DNA of 59,531 nucleotides from a virus (Duplodnaviria; Caudoviricetes): IMG/VR virus record IMGVR_UViG_3300033148_008638, positions 1 to 59,531 of that record; one strand, 5' to 3'. Shown piece by piece: positions 38,882 to 47,577 of this stretch (position 1 is its first letter; each line of letters starts with the position of its first letter). The notes under the pieces were generated by a model. It saw only the letters and a program-made list of their open reading frames with translations, ran no database searches and was not told where the DNA came from. The position numbers and the translations under genes were made by a program.

Positions 38882-40870
38882 ATGAAAAAGCATAAAAGCA
38901 AAATATTTATAGCATTGACGATGTGTCTTATCTTCCTTTTATTCTCTGCACCTATATTTATGTGTGAATTTTCTACAGGACAGACTAAAGAAGATATTAA
39001 GTTAGCTGCCCGGAGAGCATCTGTCCAACCTGTTTTTTATATCCCTGTTATAAAAGCTACTTTTACTAATCCTATAGACGTAGACGAAAAGCTAACAAAA
39101 GAAGATATAGAAAATCTGCTTGAAGAAAAGATCAAAATTGCTATTGAAAAAGAAAAAGAAAAAGAAACTAGGAACAAATATAATGAATATCTTACCAATA
39201 TTGACGTGTGGGGTTATGAAGCTGTCTCTCAAACTCATATTCCACTTGGTGCTCTTGCCCCTAAATGGGCTAAATTTCCAGAAAGAGTTCTAGTGGTATA
39301 TAAAACAGAGAAAAAAGAAATAACTGCATGGGAAAAAGAATACGAAAAAGATATTCTGGCTGTTTCTGAAACAGCAAATGTTTCTCCCAGCCAAGCAAAG
39401 GAAATAATTAATAGATTGCATGCAGAGGGGTATTCTATATCAAAGGAAAAATTGAAAGAAGCTGAAAGTGTCGAGTTGTTATGGTTTGAAGATGGTTGGA
39501 ATACTAAATACCCCCAGACCTTAAAATGGTCTGTGGAAACACTAGGAACTAAAAATAATATTATCATTGGGTATGATTCAAGGGGTATACTTGAAATTCA
39601 GCCAGTTGCAGATGATGCTAGACTTCACGTTGTTGCTGGATATTTTGATCTCAAAGATGAATATAAGCCAAAATCTGACGAGGTTAAAAAATTAGAAAGC
39701 CAGATTGAAATGCTACAAGAGGACGTAAAAGACAAGCAAATCATAATAGATGCTGAGACAAAGAAAAAAGAAACTAAGCGGGATATTAGTAATGCAACTT
39801 ATAATGATGTTCGATATGGAACTGTTAAGCTAGAAGAGTTTTGGATGATGTCGGCTGCTTCTGGAGTATTTCTAGGAAATATGAAAGTTACCGATAAATT
39901 TTGGGGGTTTCAATCTAGTTGGGGTTCATATAAACAAGTTATTGGCAACGAAGAGAAAGGAGTTATTTTAACTAATGCTCATGTAGCTAATATGGCATTA
40001 AGTTTTAAGGTCTATGTCTCTGAAGATAAAGAAGAAATGTGGGTAGTTCTCCCTGGAGTTCCATATATAAGATATACTCAAGATACAGATCTTTTAGGAT
40101 CCCCTGCTCAAGTATTGTGGATTGAGGGAGCACCAGTTAGTAGTCTAGATTTTGATTGTGCTCTTATGGTTACTACTAAAGTTCCTGAGTATGATAAATA
40201 TAAGGTAGCTTTTGGTAATAGTGATAATGTAAAAGAGGGTGAAAAAGTTATCATGGTTGGGAATCCAACATACATGCAGAAGTTCTTAACTGAAGGAGTG
40301 ATTACTAATAAATCCTACAATCTTTTCAAATCTCTTATAGGAGGATCTATTTTATGGGAAGGAAAGATTCCTCATAGAATGTACAGAACTATGATTAATA
40401 GTGATTTATGGTTTGATACCCCTATTGGAATAGGTGGCACAAGTGGTTCTGGAGTTTGGGCATTAGAAGGGAGTGAAAAAGGTAAAATGATAGCCTTACA
40501 TAATATGGGATTGAGGCAACCACTCTCTATTGCAAGTGCTATTTATGATAAGAAAGATATTAATGTTGATTCAATTTCTTTATCTGTATCTCCTAATAGT
40601 TTGCTAAAAAATATATTACGGAAACATGGTTCCAAATTCTTTGAACACTATCCTTTTAAGGAAGCAAAATTTAGGTTTAGAATGGATTCATTCATTAAAA
40701 AAGAACCTATTTTTGGTACTGCAATGAAAGATTTGGGTCTATGGGTGAATATTGCCGGTATGAATGCTGGAGTCCCAATTAATAAAGTAAAACAGTATCT
40801 ACAAGAAAGGGGAATAAGTCCAGAGGATTTTAATTGGGAAGAATTACCTAAGAAATACTGGAAGAATTAG
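38882..40870 (+). CDS. trypsin-like (S1) serine protease with N-terminal hydrophobic signal or anchor
   Basis: Catalytic triad LTNAHV, DCAL, GTSGSG; MVGNP; N-terminus IFIALTMCLIFLLF. Confidence 0.78.
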   Translation: MKKHKSKIFIALTMCLIFLLFSAPIFMCEFSTGQTKEDIKLAARRASVQPVFYIPVIKATFTNPIDVDEKLTKEDIENLLEEKIKIAIEKEKEKETRNKYNEYLTNIDVWGYEAVSQTHIPLGALAPKWAKFPERVLVVYKTEKKEITAWEKEYEKDILAVSETANVSPSQAKEIINRLHAEGYSISKEKLKEAESVELLWFEDGWNTKYPQTLKWSVETLGTKNNIIIGYDSRGILEIQPVADDARLHVVAGYFDLKDEYKPKSDEVKKLESQIEMLQEDVKDKQIIIDAETKKKETKRDISNATYNDVRYGTVKLEEFWMMSAASGVFLGNMKVTDKFWGFQSSWGSYKQVIGNEEKGVILTNAHVANMALSFKVYVSEDKEEMWVVLPGVPYIRYTQDTDLLGSPAQVLWIEGAPVSSLDFDCALMVTTKVPEYDKYKVAFGNSDNVKEGEKVIMVGNPTYMQKFLTEGVITNKSYNLFKSLIGGSILWEGKIPHRMYRTMINSDLWFDTPIGIGGTSGSGVWALEGSEKGKMIALHNMGLRQPLSIASAIYDKKDINVDSISLSVSPNSLLKNILRKHGSKFFEHYPFKEAKFRFRMDSFIKKEPIFGTAMKDLGLWVNIAGMNAGVPINKVKQYLQERGISPEDFNWEELPKKYWKN

Positions 40871-41045
40871 TAATGATTCCCTGGTTTGCAAGTTGGCTTA
40901 TAATAGTGTTTTTAATTCCTGTTGCTGTACTTTTAGTGTGGACTGTGCTCCCTATGGGTAGGTCCGAAGAGTTTCGAAAAAAGCAATGGGAAAAGAAATG
41001 GAAAAAGAAGTTTCCTGAATTGCATTAGTAGGAAGGAGTGAAACA

Positions 41046-41270
41046 ATGTCCAAAAGAGTTATGTCTGCGGAAGAGAGGCGATGGCAGGCTGAATCTGATG
41101 TAAGAAGCCTTATGGAAGCAGAAGTCATAAAAAGAGACAAGGCAAGGCTTAAAGCTGCAGTAAATGCTGCTAAATCAATGGCGAAAAAAGAAGAAGATGA
41201 GGCAAAAGCTGTTAAAAAGATAGCTAAGATGGAACCCAAAAAAAGAGTTACTAAGAAGAGAAAGAAATGA
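41046..41270 (+). CDS. small basic protein
   Basis: GGAG RBS; WQAESDVRSLMEAEVI. Confidence 0.6.
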   Translation: MSKRVMSAEERRWQAESDVRSLMEAEVIKRDKARLKAAVNAAKSMAKKEEDEAKAVKKIAKMEPKKRVTKKRKK

Positions 41271-41360
41271 CTAAAGCTCTAAGAGCGAAATGGGTTATGC
41301 ATTTAGCATGATCCTCAATTAACAATAATTAGTGGTGGACACTACTAGGAGGAAAGCAAA

Positions 41361-42302
41361 ATGACTATAGAAAACAAGGAGTTGTTGGATAAAGCTAAGG
41401 AATTAGGTATTGAAGTAAAGGAAGAAACAACAGAAGAGGCTCTTAAAAAAACTATATCTGATAAAGAAGAAGAGAACAGATTAAATGAAAAAGATGCAGA
41501 TGCTTTAAGAGAGGAAGTAAGGAAATATAAAGAAGAAAGCAAAAAGGCTTTTGAAGCCAGAGATATAGCGAAGAAAGAAAGACGAGCATTACAAAACAAA
41601 ATAGCCGAGATGGAGGACAAAATAAAAAATGCCCCATCTGTTTCAGAGATTGAAGAGTATAAAAAGGAACTAAAAGAGTTAAAAGAATTTAAAGAAGAAG
41701 TAGATAAGAAGAGAGAGGAAGAGGAATTAAAAAACAAAACAGATCTTGAAAAAGCAGAAGCTCGTTTCAAAAAAGAAATGGAGAAATTTAATGCTCAATT
41801 AGAGAGTATCAAGACAGAAAGTAAGAAAGAGATTGAAAAGATTCAAGCAGAAAGAGATGCCGCATTGAGAGAAGCAGCTGCTAAGAATATGTACAGACTT
41901 GAAAATGAAATTAGGGATGCTGCTACCTCAAACAGAGCAATAAATCCGAAACAGATAGTTAAACTACTTAAGGATGACTTTGAATATAATAAGGATTTGG
42001 ACAAATTCGAGGTTATTATCAGAGATAGTAAAGGCAAAGTGTCTGGAATAGAAACTGTAGAAGAAAGAGTTAAAAAGTTTCTAGAAGATCCCGACAATGA
42101 CAACTTGGTGGAGTCTGAGGTCAATACAAATAGTATGCACACTCAACAGACAACAACTACGACAACTAATAAATATACATCTAAAGATAAAGATCTAATT
42201 AGAGAAGCTGATGAAAGAGGTTTGAGTGTGGAAAGGCTAATAGAAATAAAGAAGAATCGTGATGCAAAACTCGCTAAAATAAGGGAAAGGAAATCACAAT
42301 AG
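41361..42302 (+). CDS. capsid scaffolding protein
   Basis: E/K-rich coiled coil, AINPKQIV, position before head genes. Confidence 0.75.
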   Translation: MTIENKELLDKAKELGIEVKEETTEEALKKTISDKEEENRLNEKDADALREEVRKYKEESKKAFEARDIAKKERRALQNKIAEMEDKIKNAPSVSEIEEYKKELKELKEFKEEVDKKREEEELKNKTDLEKAEARFKKEMEKFNAQLESIKTESKKEIEKIQAERDAALREAAAKNMYRLENEIRDAATSNRAINPKQIVKLLKDDFEYNKDLDKFEVIIRDSKGKVSGIETVEERVKKFLEDPDNDNLVESEVNTNSMHTQQTTTTTTNKYTSKDKDLIREADERGLSVERLIEIKKNRDAKLAKIRERKSQ

Positions 42303-42337
42303 CCTTCATAAAAAATGTATAGGAGGTGAATTAGAGA

Positions 42338-42877
42338 ATGGCGATTACAAAAGCTGTAGGAAAAGACCTAAAGTATGGACATGTATATGGTCCTGGCAAG
42401 GGTATAGAAGTCCCGGTAAAAGCTGATCAGTATTTCCATAGGCTTGGTGGACATTTTGTATTCCTTGATGCTAATGGGTCTGCAGTGGATATGTGTGCTA
42501 GTGTTGAAAGCTTAGGCGGAAGCCAGGTTTACGGTTGGCTTGAAACTCCAAAGGACGCCTCTGGGAAGAATAGCTGGAAGTCCAATACAAGTTCAGATGA
42601 TATTTTTCCAGACAAGTGCTTTGTTATAACTGGCATTGAAAATAGATTTAGAATGCCTGTTAATGCAACTTCTTTTAGTACATTAGCGCAGAGCCATGTT
42701 GGTAAAGGCTGTATTGCTGCTAGTGTAGATGAAGCCAATGCTACATATCTACATAAACAGAAAGCCTACTATGTAGGTAGTTCTGCAAGTGCATGTTTGA
42801 CAATTCATGAAGTGGATACTGATAATAAGACTGTTGTTGTGTCAATAAGACCGCAAGAGTTGCAAATAAATGATTGA
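42338..42877 (+). CDS. head decoration or cement protein (putative)
   Basis: 179 aa between scaffold and capsid genes; AGGAGGT RBS. Confidence 0.5.
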   Translation: MAITKAVGKDLKYGHVYGPGKGIEVPVKADQYFHRLGGHFVFLDANGSAVDMCASVESLGGSQVYGWLETPKDASGKNSWKSNTSSDDIFPDKCFVITGIENRFRMPVNATSFSTLAQSHVGKGCIAASVDEANATYLHKQKAYYVGSSASACLTIHEVDTDNKTVVVSIRPQELQIND

Positions 42878-42940
42878 TAACTGGACGGTGTGGGACGGAC
42901 ATCCCGATAAATAATTTATGAATGGAGGTGAAAAGATAAT

Positions 42941-45689
42941 ATGGCAGGTGTAAGGAGATCTTCGGAGGTCTCACTATGCTGAGAGGTGTAGTTAAATACG
43001 GGGTGAATTGCTGGGATCTCCCCCACAAGGGGACAATCAGCAGCCAAGCTTGGAAAGTAATTTCCTTGAAGGTTCAGAGACTAACTCTCGACTCCTACCG
43101 CATGGCGGGGAGAGTAATAGAGACACGAGTGCCCTGCATCTCTATGAGATGAAGATATAGTCCGAGCTTATAGGTAACTATAAGAAACAAAGTTTAAATG
43201 ACTTTGTGATAACAACTCTGCAGAGTTCACGGAAGCCATGAAAGCCCAGTCCTACGATCAATAACGGTCGCTCTACTTTGAGAAAAGTAGATGATAATGG
43301 GATGAATTGCTGGGATCTCCCCCACAAGGGGACAATCAGCAGCCAAGCTTGGAAAGTAATTTCCTTGAAGGTTCAGAGACTAACTCTCGACTCCTACCGC
43401 AGCATGGCGGGGAGAGTAATAGAGACACGAGCATCCCACATCCTATAAATAGGATGAAGATATAGTCCAAGCTTATAGGTAACTATAAGAAACAAAGTTT
43501 AAATGACTTTGTGATAATAAAACTGTGGTTCTGGGAGAATTATGATGAGCTTCCTCCAAGATATGAAGATATATTTGAAGTAGTAGAGTCCGATAAAGCA
43601 TAGATAAATATGTGCGTAGTTAGCTAAATTCGGTGAAGACCTCTGGAAGGTAATACCGAGCAAACCTTTGAAAGGGTGCGTAGAGATTATGAATCTAAAT
43701 AAGTTAAATAGAAATGAAATAAAAAGTGCTATAATTGGAATGGTAATTGGTGATGGTAATCTAACTAAGAGGTGTCGAAATTGTAATGCTTATTTCCAGA
43801 TGAGTCATTGTGCCAGACAGTTAGAATATATGAATTGGAAGATAAATATAATACATACGATAACTGGTGGAAGCACTCAAGAAACACAAAGAACACTAAA
43901 TGGTAAATTATTTAGAGGATACCATTTCAGTTCACAAAGACACCCAACATTTACTAAACTATATTCAAGATTTTATCACAATGGTGTAAAGGTTCTTGAT
44001 GAGTATATAGTAAAAATGATAACTCCATTAGCTTTAGCCATTATCTATATGGACGATGGTACATTTGCTAAACATCACTTAACTGGGAGTAATGGAAAAG
44101 ACAGTTTTTTTCTTTGCATGCAGAATTTTGACTATGCTAATCAAATGTTACTTAGAAAAAGTCTTAAGATAAACTTTGGTTTAGAATGGAATATAAACAA
44201 AGCAAATAAGACAAATTATGGCACATATAATTACAGGATGAGATTATCTAGTCGCTTCAATGATAAGTTTATAGATATAATTAAACCATATGTATTAGAT
44301 GTCCCCTGTATGCATTATAAATTAGGTTCACACGCTAACACATCGAGTAATTCGATGTTGATATAGTCCGACCTCTATGGCGACATAGAGAGCTTGGCAG
44401 AAATGACCAAGCCCACTTTTAATAAAGTGAGTAACAAACGTGATGAGAAATTTACCTCAGCGATCGGTCTTGGTGATCTATTGGAAAAACCAGAGGGTAC
44501 AGACCTTCAGACGGATAAGCCGATAGAGAGTTACACCGTAGTTTGTAAGAACAGAACTTGGGGTAGAAAGACACAGTTTACCTATGAGACAGTGCAGGAT
44601 GCGCAGTCAGTACAAAATCTGCTTTCTGATACTGTAGGGTCGTGGGGTAAGTCTTTACCAAGAACTAAAGATAGGTGGTATGCCAACTTTTTCAACTACG
44701 GTGCTGTTACCGCTGGAAATGCTATTTATAACAATGGCATTACTGGTGTTGTGGATGATCCATCTGGTAATTTGATTTATGATGGTCAGCCTTGGTTTGT
44801 TGCCAATGATGGGCATAAAGACAAAGCTGGTAACGGTTACAGTAACTATGCTGCAAGCCGTTCGTTGACTCATAGCAATCTTCAAACTACTTATATTACA
44901 TACACCACAACTAATGCTAAAGATGAGAAAGGTAATAATATAGAGTTAATACCTGATACATTGTTAATTCCTCCCGCTCTTAGGTTTACAGCTCAGGTAA
45001 TATTAAATACCACACTGTTACCAGGGAGTATGGATCTTAATAAGGGTTCCCTTATTCTGAAAAGAATATTGAAAAACGGGGTGAATTGCTGGAACACCTT
45101 GGCTAATAAAGCCAAGGCAATCAGCAGCCAAGCTTGGAAAGTAATAGTAATGACGACACGAGTGCCCTGCATCTCTATGAGATGAAGATATAGTCCGAGC
45201 TTATAGGTAACTATAAGAAATAGAATTTAAATGATTCTATGATAACAAAACTGAATGATACCAATGTATTAGCTGCTATTGTCAATCCAGTCCAATGGGC
45301 CAATCTAACTGATACAGATGGATGGTTCCTTGGTAAAGCCAAGAAGGGCCTTATGGCTACTGATAGGCTTGATGTGATGATCGACTTTTGGCAGGATCTT
45401 AATAAGGGTTCCCTTATTCTGAAAAGAATATTGAAAAACGGGGTGAATTGCTGGAACACCTTGGCTAATAAAGCCAAGGCAATCAGCAGCCAAGCTTGGA
45501 AAGTAATATCTCTATGAGATGAAGATATAGTCCGAGCTATATAGTAATATATAGAAATAGAATTTAAATGATTCTATGATAACAAAACTGGAAACAAATC
45601 TCGATTATTACGCAAGTATCGTCAGCCGTTTTGGCGGTGTGGTCACAAACTTCCGATATTGGTTTGCGTGTAATATTGCTAGTAGTTGA
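42941..45689 (+). CDS. major capsid protein, Mu gpT-like, 322 aa; join(42941..42959,43221..43258,43526..43601,44443..45035,45254..45397,45591..45689)
   Basis: GGAGGTG RBS and ATG at 42941. Removing five group I introns gives a 969-nt open frame: MAGVRRSEFTEAMKAQSYDWFWENY...SDKAYEKFTSAIGLG...EKPEG...LLIPPAL...GSMDNDTN...LTDTDGWFL...DFWQDETN...SRFGGVVTNFRYWF. Confidence 0.9.
42960..43220 (+). mobile_element. group I intron 1 (ORF-less, 261 nt)
   Basis: P1 GAGAU/CU-UCGG-AGGUCUC with U.G at the splice site; P AATTGCTGG, Q AATCAGCAGCC, R GTTCAGAGACTA, S AAGATATAGTCC; terminal G. Confidence 0.92.
43259..43525 (+). mobile_element. group I intron 2 (ORF-less, 267 nt)
   Basis: P1 CGAU/C..GGUCG; P, Q, R and S as in intron 1; P3 TGGGATG/CATCCCA; terminal G. 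Confidence 0.92.
43602..44442 (+). mobile_element. group I intron 3 (841 nt) with LAGLIDADG ORF
   Basis: P1 GCAU/A..UGUGC; P3 GTTAGC/GCTAAC; P AATTCGGTG, Q AATACCGAG, R GTAGAGATTA, S GATATAGTCC; terminal G. Confidence 0.9.
43689..44366 (+). CDS. intron-encoded LAGLIDADG homing endonuclease
   Basis: SAIIGMVIGDG, LAIIYMDDG, MHYKL; ATG immediately after the R element. Confidence 0.88.
   Translation: MNLNKLNRNEIKSAIIGMVIGDGNLTKRCRNCNAYFQMSHCARQLEYMNWKINIIHTITGGSTQETQRTLNGKLFRGYHFSSQRHPTFTKLYSRFYHNGVKVLDEYIVKMITPLALAIIYMDDGTFAKHHLTGSNGKDSFFLCMQNFDYANQMLLRKSLKINFGLEWNINKANKTNYGTYNYRMRLSSRFNDKFIDIIKPYVLDVPCMHYKLGSHANTSSNSMLI
45036..45253 (+). mobile_element. group I intron 4 (218 nt, lacks R/P7 5' strand)
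   Basis: P1 GGAU/CUU..AGGGUUC; P, Q, P3', P8, S and P9 present; GTTCAGAGACTA absent; terminal G restores the frame. Confidence 0.85.
45398..45590 (+). mobile_element. group I intron 5 (193 nt, lacks R/P7 5' strand and P3 3' strand)
   Basis: First ~110 nt identical to intron 4; S and P9 present; terminal G restores the frame. Confidence 0.85.
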
Positions 45690-45789
45690 TGGAAGTAAAA
45701 AATAAGTTCATGGACTTGACAGCTCTTATTTAGTAATTTTATTATTAAATAGGAGTTTTGACATAATTTTCTAGGTCTGATAAGGGTAA

Positions 45790-45815
45790 CTGAGGGGTGC
45801 TCACTCACCCCTCAG
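45790..45815 (+). terminator. hairpin downstream of the capsid gene
   Basis: CTGAGGGGTG-CTCACT-CACCCCTCAG; no clear U tract. Confidence 0.45.
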
Positions 45816-46053
45816 CCTAGACTCAACTTTGCTTTAGAGTGTAGTTTAACTTATGAAGTTATATCGTTTTAAGAACTTGCTAAAACAATGGAAAATCACA
45901 GGAATTTTAAATGCCCTGTATTTAAATATACAAATTGGAGTTTACAGAAATGTGGGATAGCACAAAAAAGTCCTAGTGTTAAGTGTCCAGAGAATTGTCC
46001 CTACAGAGACAAAGATATCAAACAATACTTAACAGGGGACTAAGGGAGAACTA

Positions 46054-46362
46054 ATGACATCAAAATACTATCTGCCAAATGAGGCTACTACAGGTAGTCT
46101 ACTTCTATATAATGCTGCTTGGGATGCGTACTTATTGAGAACAAGTGACGAGCCAACCACAACAGCCGATATGGAAGCTATGTTCAAATGGGAACATGGT
46201 GATGTACTTCATGGTACATATGTGAAAAGCCATAAGGCTATGGCAGATTACAGAAGAGATATTGACACTGATTGGGGAACAGAAGATGATTACCTAGATA
46301 TCTATATAGATACTTTCAAGGACGAACCAATAGGACCGAGGTTAGAGAAAGGGGATAGATAA
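46054..46362 (+). CDS. hypothetical protein
   Basis: GGGAG RBS. Confidence 0.55.
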   Translation: MTSKYYLPNEATTGSLLLYNAAWDAYLLRTSDEPTTTADMEAMFKWEHGDVLHGTYVKSHKAMADYRRDIDTDWGTEDDYLDIYIDTFKDEPIGPRLEKGDR

Positions 46363-46384
46363 ACTATAAAATAGGAGAAATAAA

Positions 46385-46867
46385 ATGTCTGGACGGACAA
46401 CATGTAAAATATGTGGCAAAAGCTTTGCAAGATTTACTGTACATTTAAGAAGTAAGCACAATATGTCTCTCAAAGAGTATAATGATAAATTTGGTGAAGA
46501 AAAAGAGGAAATAGTTGGAAATGAGTTTCCAAAGGAAGAAGACAATGAGTATACCTCTTCTAACGATGATCTACTTCTTAGTGAGTTTTTAGAAGAATAT
46601 GGTATGTCTGAAGAAGGGTTAAGGAGAATTTTAGATAACCGAATGCGAAGAGGAACTCCTAGAACAGAAGCTCAGGTTATGAACCAAATAGCTAAAAATC
46701 AGGAGTACGCCTCAAGACAGGTAGCAAAACTCAAAGATAAAGATGAGGTAAAGACAACAGACCTTCTTGTAGCAGAATTACTCACAACCCATTATGGGTT
46801 CACATGTGTCGCTGTCGTTGCAGCGCAGGAGGACGGTACTCCCAAATATTGGCATCTTAAGAAATAA
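46385..46867 (+). CDS. C2H2 zinc-finger (Ros/MucR-like) protein
   Basis: CKICGKSF...HLRSKHNMSLKEY. Confidence 0.65.
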   Translation: MSGRTTCKICGKSFARFTVHLRSKHNMSLKEYNDKFGEEKEEIVGNEFPKEEDNEYTSSNDDLLLSEFLEEYGMSEEGLRRILDNRMRRGTPRTEAQVMNQIAKNQEYASRQVAKLKDKDEVKTTDLLVAELLTTHYGFTCVAVVAAQEDGTPKYWHLKK

Positions 46868-46971
46868 TAAGAACAATACCGTGAAATGCTACACAACTCC
46901 GATGTAGCTATCATACTACTACTTACTCATATAGTAGTATGTATTCACGCAAATAAGGAGGTGTTTTAAGC

Positions 46972-47388
46972 ATGGGTAACTCCCACTTTAAAAGTAATGT
47001 TATAGCCAAGACTGGTAATGAAACCATTCGTGGTTTTGCTACTATCTCTGCAACTACGCTAACAGGCGGATCTCTTAACGGTTTTGCAACTGTTACTGCA
47101 ACTACACTGACAGGTGGAACTGTTAAAGCAACTTCTGCTATGCATGCAGAATCTCTAACAGCTACTACTGTTAATATTAGTGGAGTAACATCGATAGCAG
47201 CTGGTCAGTACATAAAGCTTGGCAGCCACCAATATATTCTGTTTGGTGATATGGATAACCAAGCATCTGTTGAAGCAGCAGCTACAGCAGTTGATGCCTC
47301 TTGTAGAGGTTCGCTGTACTTAGGTACTGATGGCCAAGCTTGGATAATGACAGCAGATGATACTGCTGCTACTATAAGTGTAACATAA
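46972..47388 (+). CDS. putative virion structural protein (Thr/Ala/Gly-rich)
   Basis: GFAT.ATTLTGG repeat; AAGGAGGT RBS; head-module position. Confidence 0.55.
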   Translation: MGNSHFKSNVIAKTGNETIRGFATISATTLTGGSLNGFATVTATTLTGGTVKATSAMHAESLTATTVNISGVTSIAAGQYIKLGSHQYILFGDMDNQASVEAAATAVDASCRGSLYLGTDGQAWIMTADDTAATISVT

Positions 47389-47398
47389 AATAAACACC

Positions 47399-47420
47399 CC
47401 CCATCTCAAAAGGGATGGGG
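47399..47420 (+). terminator. rho-independent terminator
   Basis: CCCCATCTC-AAAA-GGGATGGGG followed by AGTTGTTTT. Confidence 0.55.
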
Positions 47421-47577
47421 AGTTGTTTTAAGTATATAACCTTGTTGTATACCTAAAACAATTCAAATACGTCCTACCTCCCTGTTACTTCTATTCATGT
47501 TCATATTGTTCGGAACTGCTTTTACTGAAGCGCATACTATAACGACTAATAAATTAATTTTAAGGGGTGATATCTAA

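Noticed and set aside
42960-43525. Long direct repeats read as a CRISPR array or simple duplication
   Set aside because: Units are ~260 nt with group I P/Q/R/S elements and are separated by coding exons
43601-43603. In-frame TAG as evidence of stop-codon recoding
   Set aside because: It spans the intron 3 splice site; other genes end normally at TAG, TGA or TAA and long genes are intact in the standard code
44394-45185. 263-aa ORF as a complete capsid protein
   Set aside because: Its N-terminal 16 aa and its C-terminal LNKGSLILK... tail are translated intron sequence; only 44443-45035 is exon
45239-45517. 92-aa ORF sharing the LNKGSLILKRILKNGVNCWNTL tail, suggesting a protein repeat or DGR template/variable pair
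   Set aside because: The shared part is the identical 5' half of introns 4 and 5; there are no adenine-specific mismatches and no reverse transcriptase in the window
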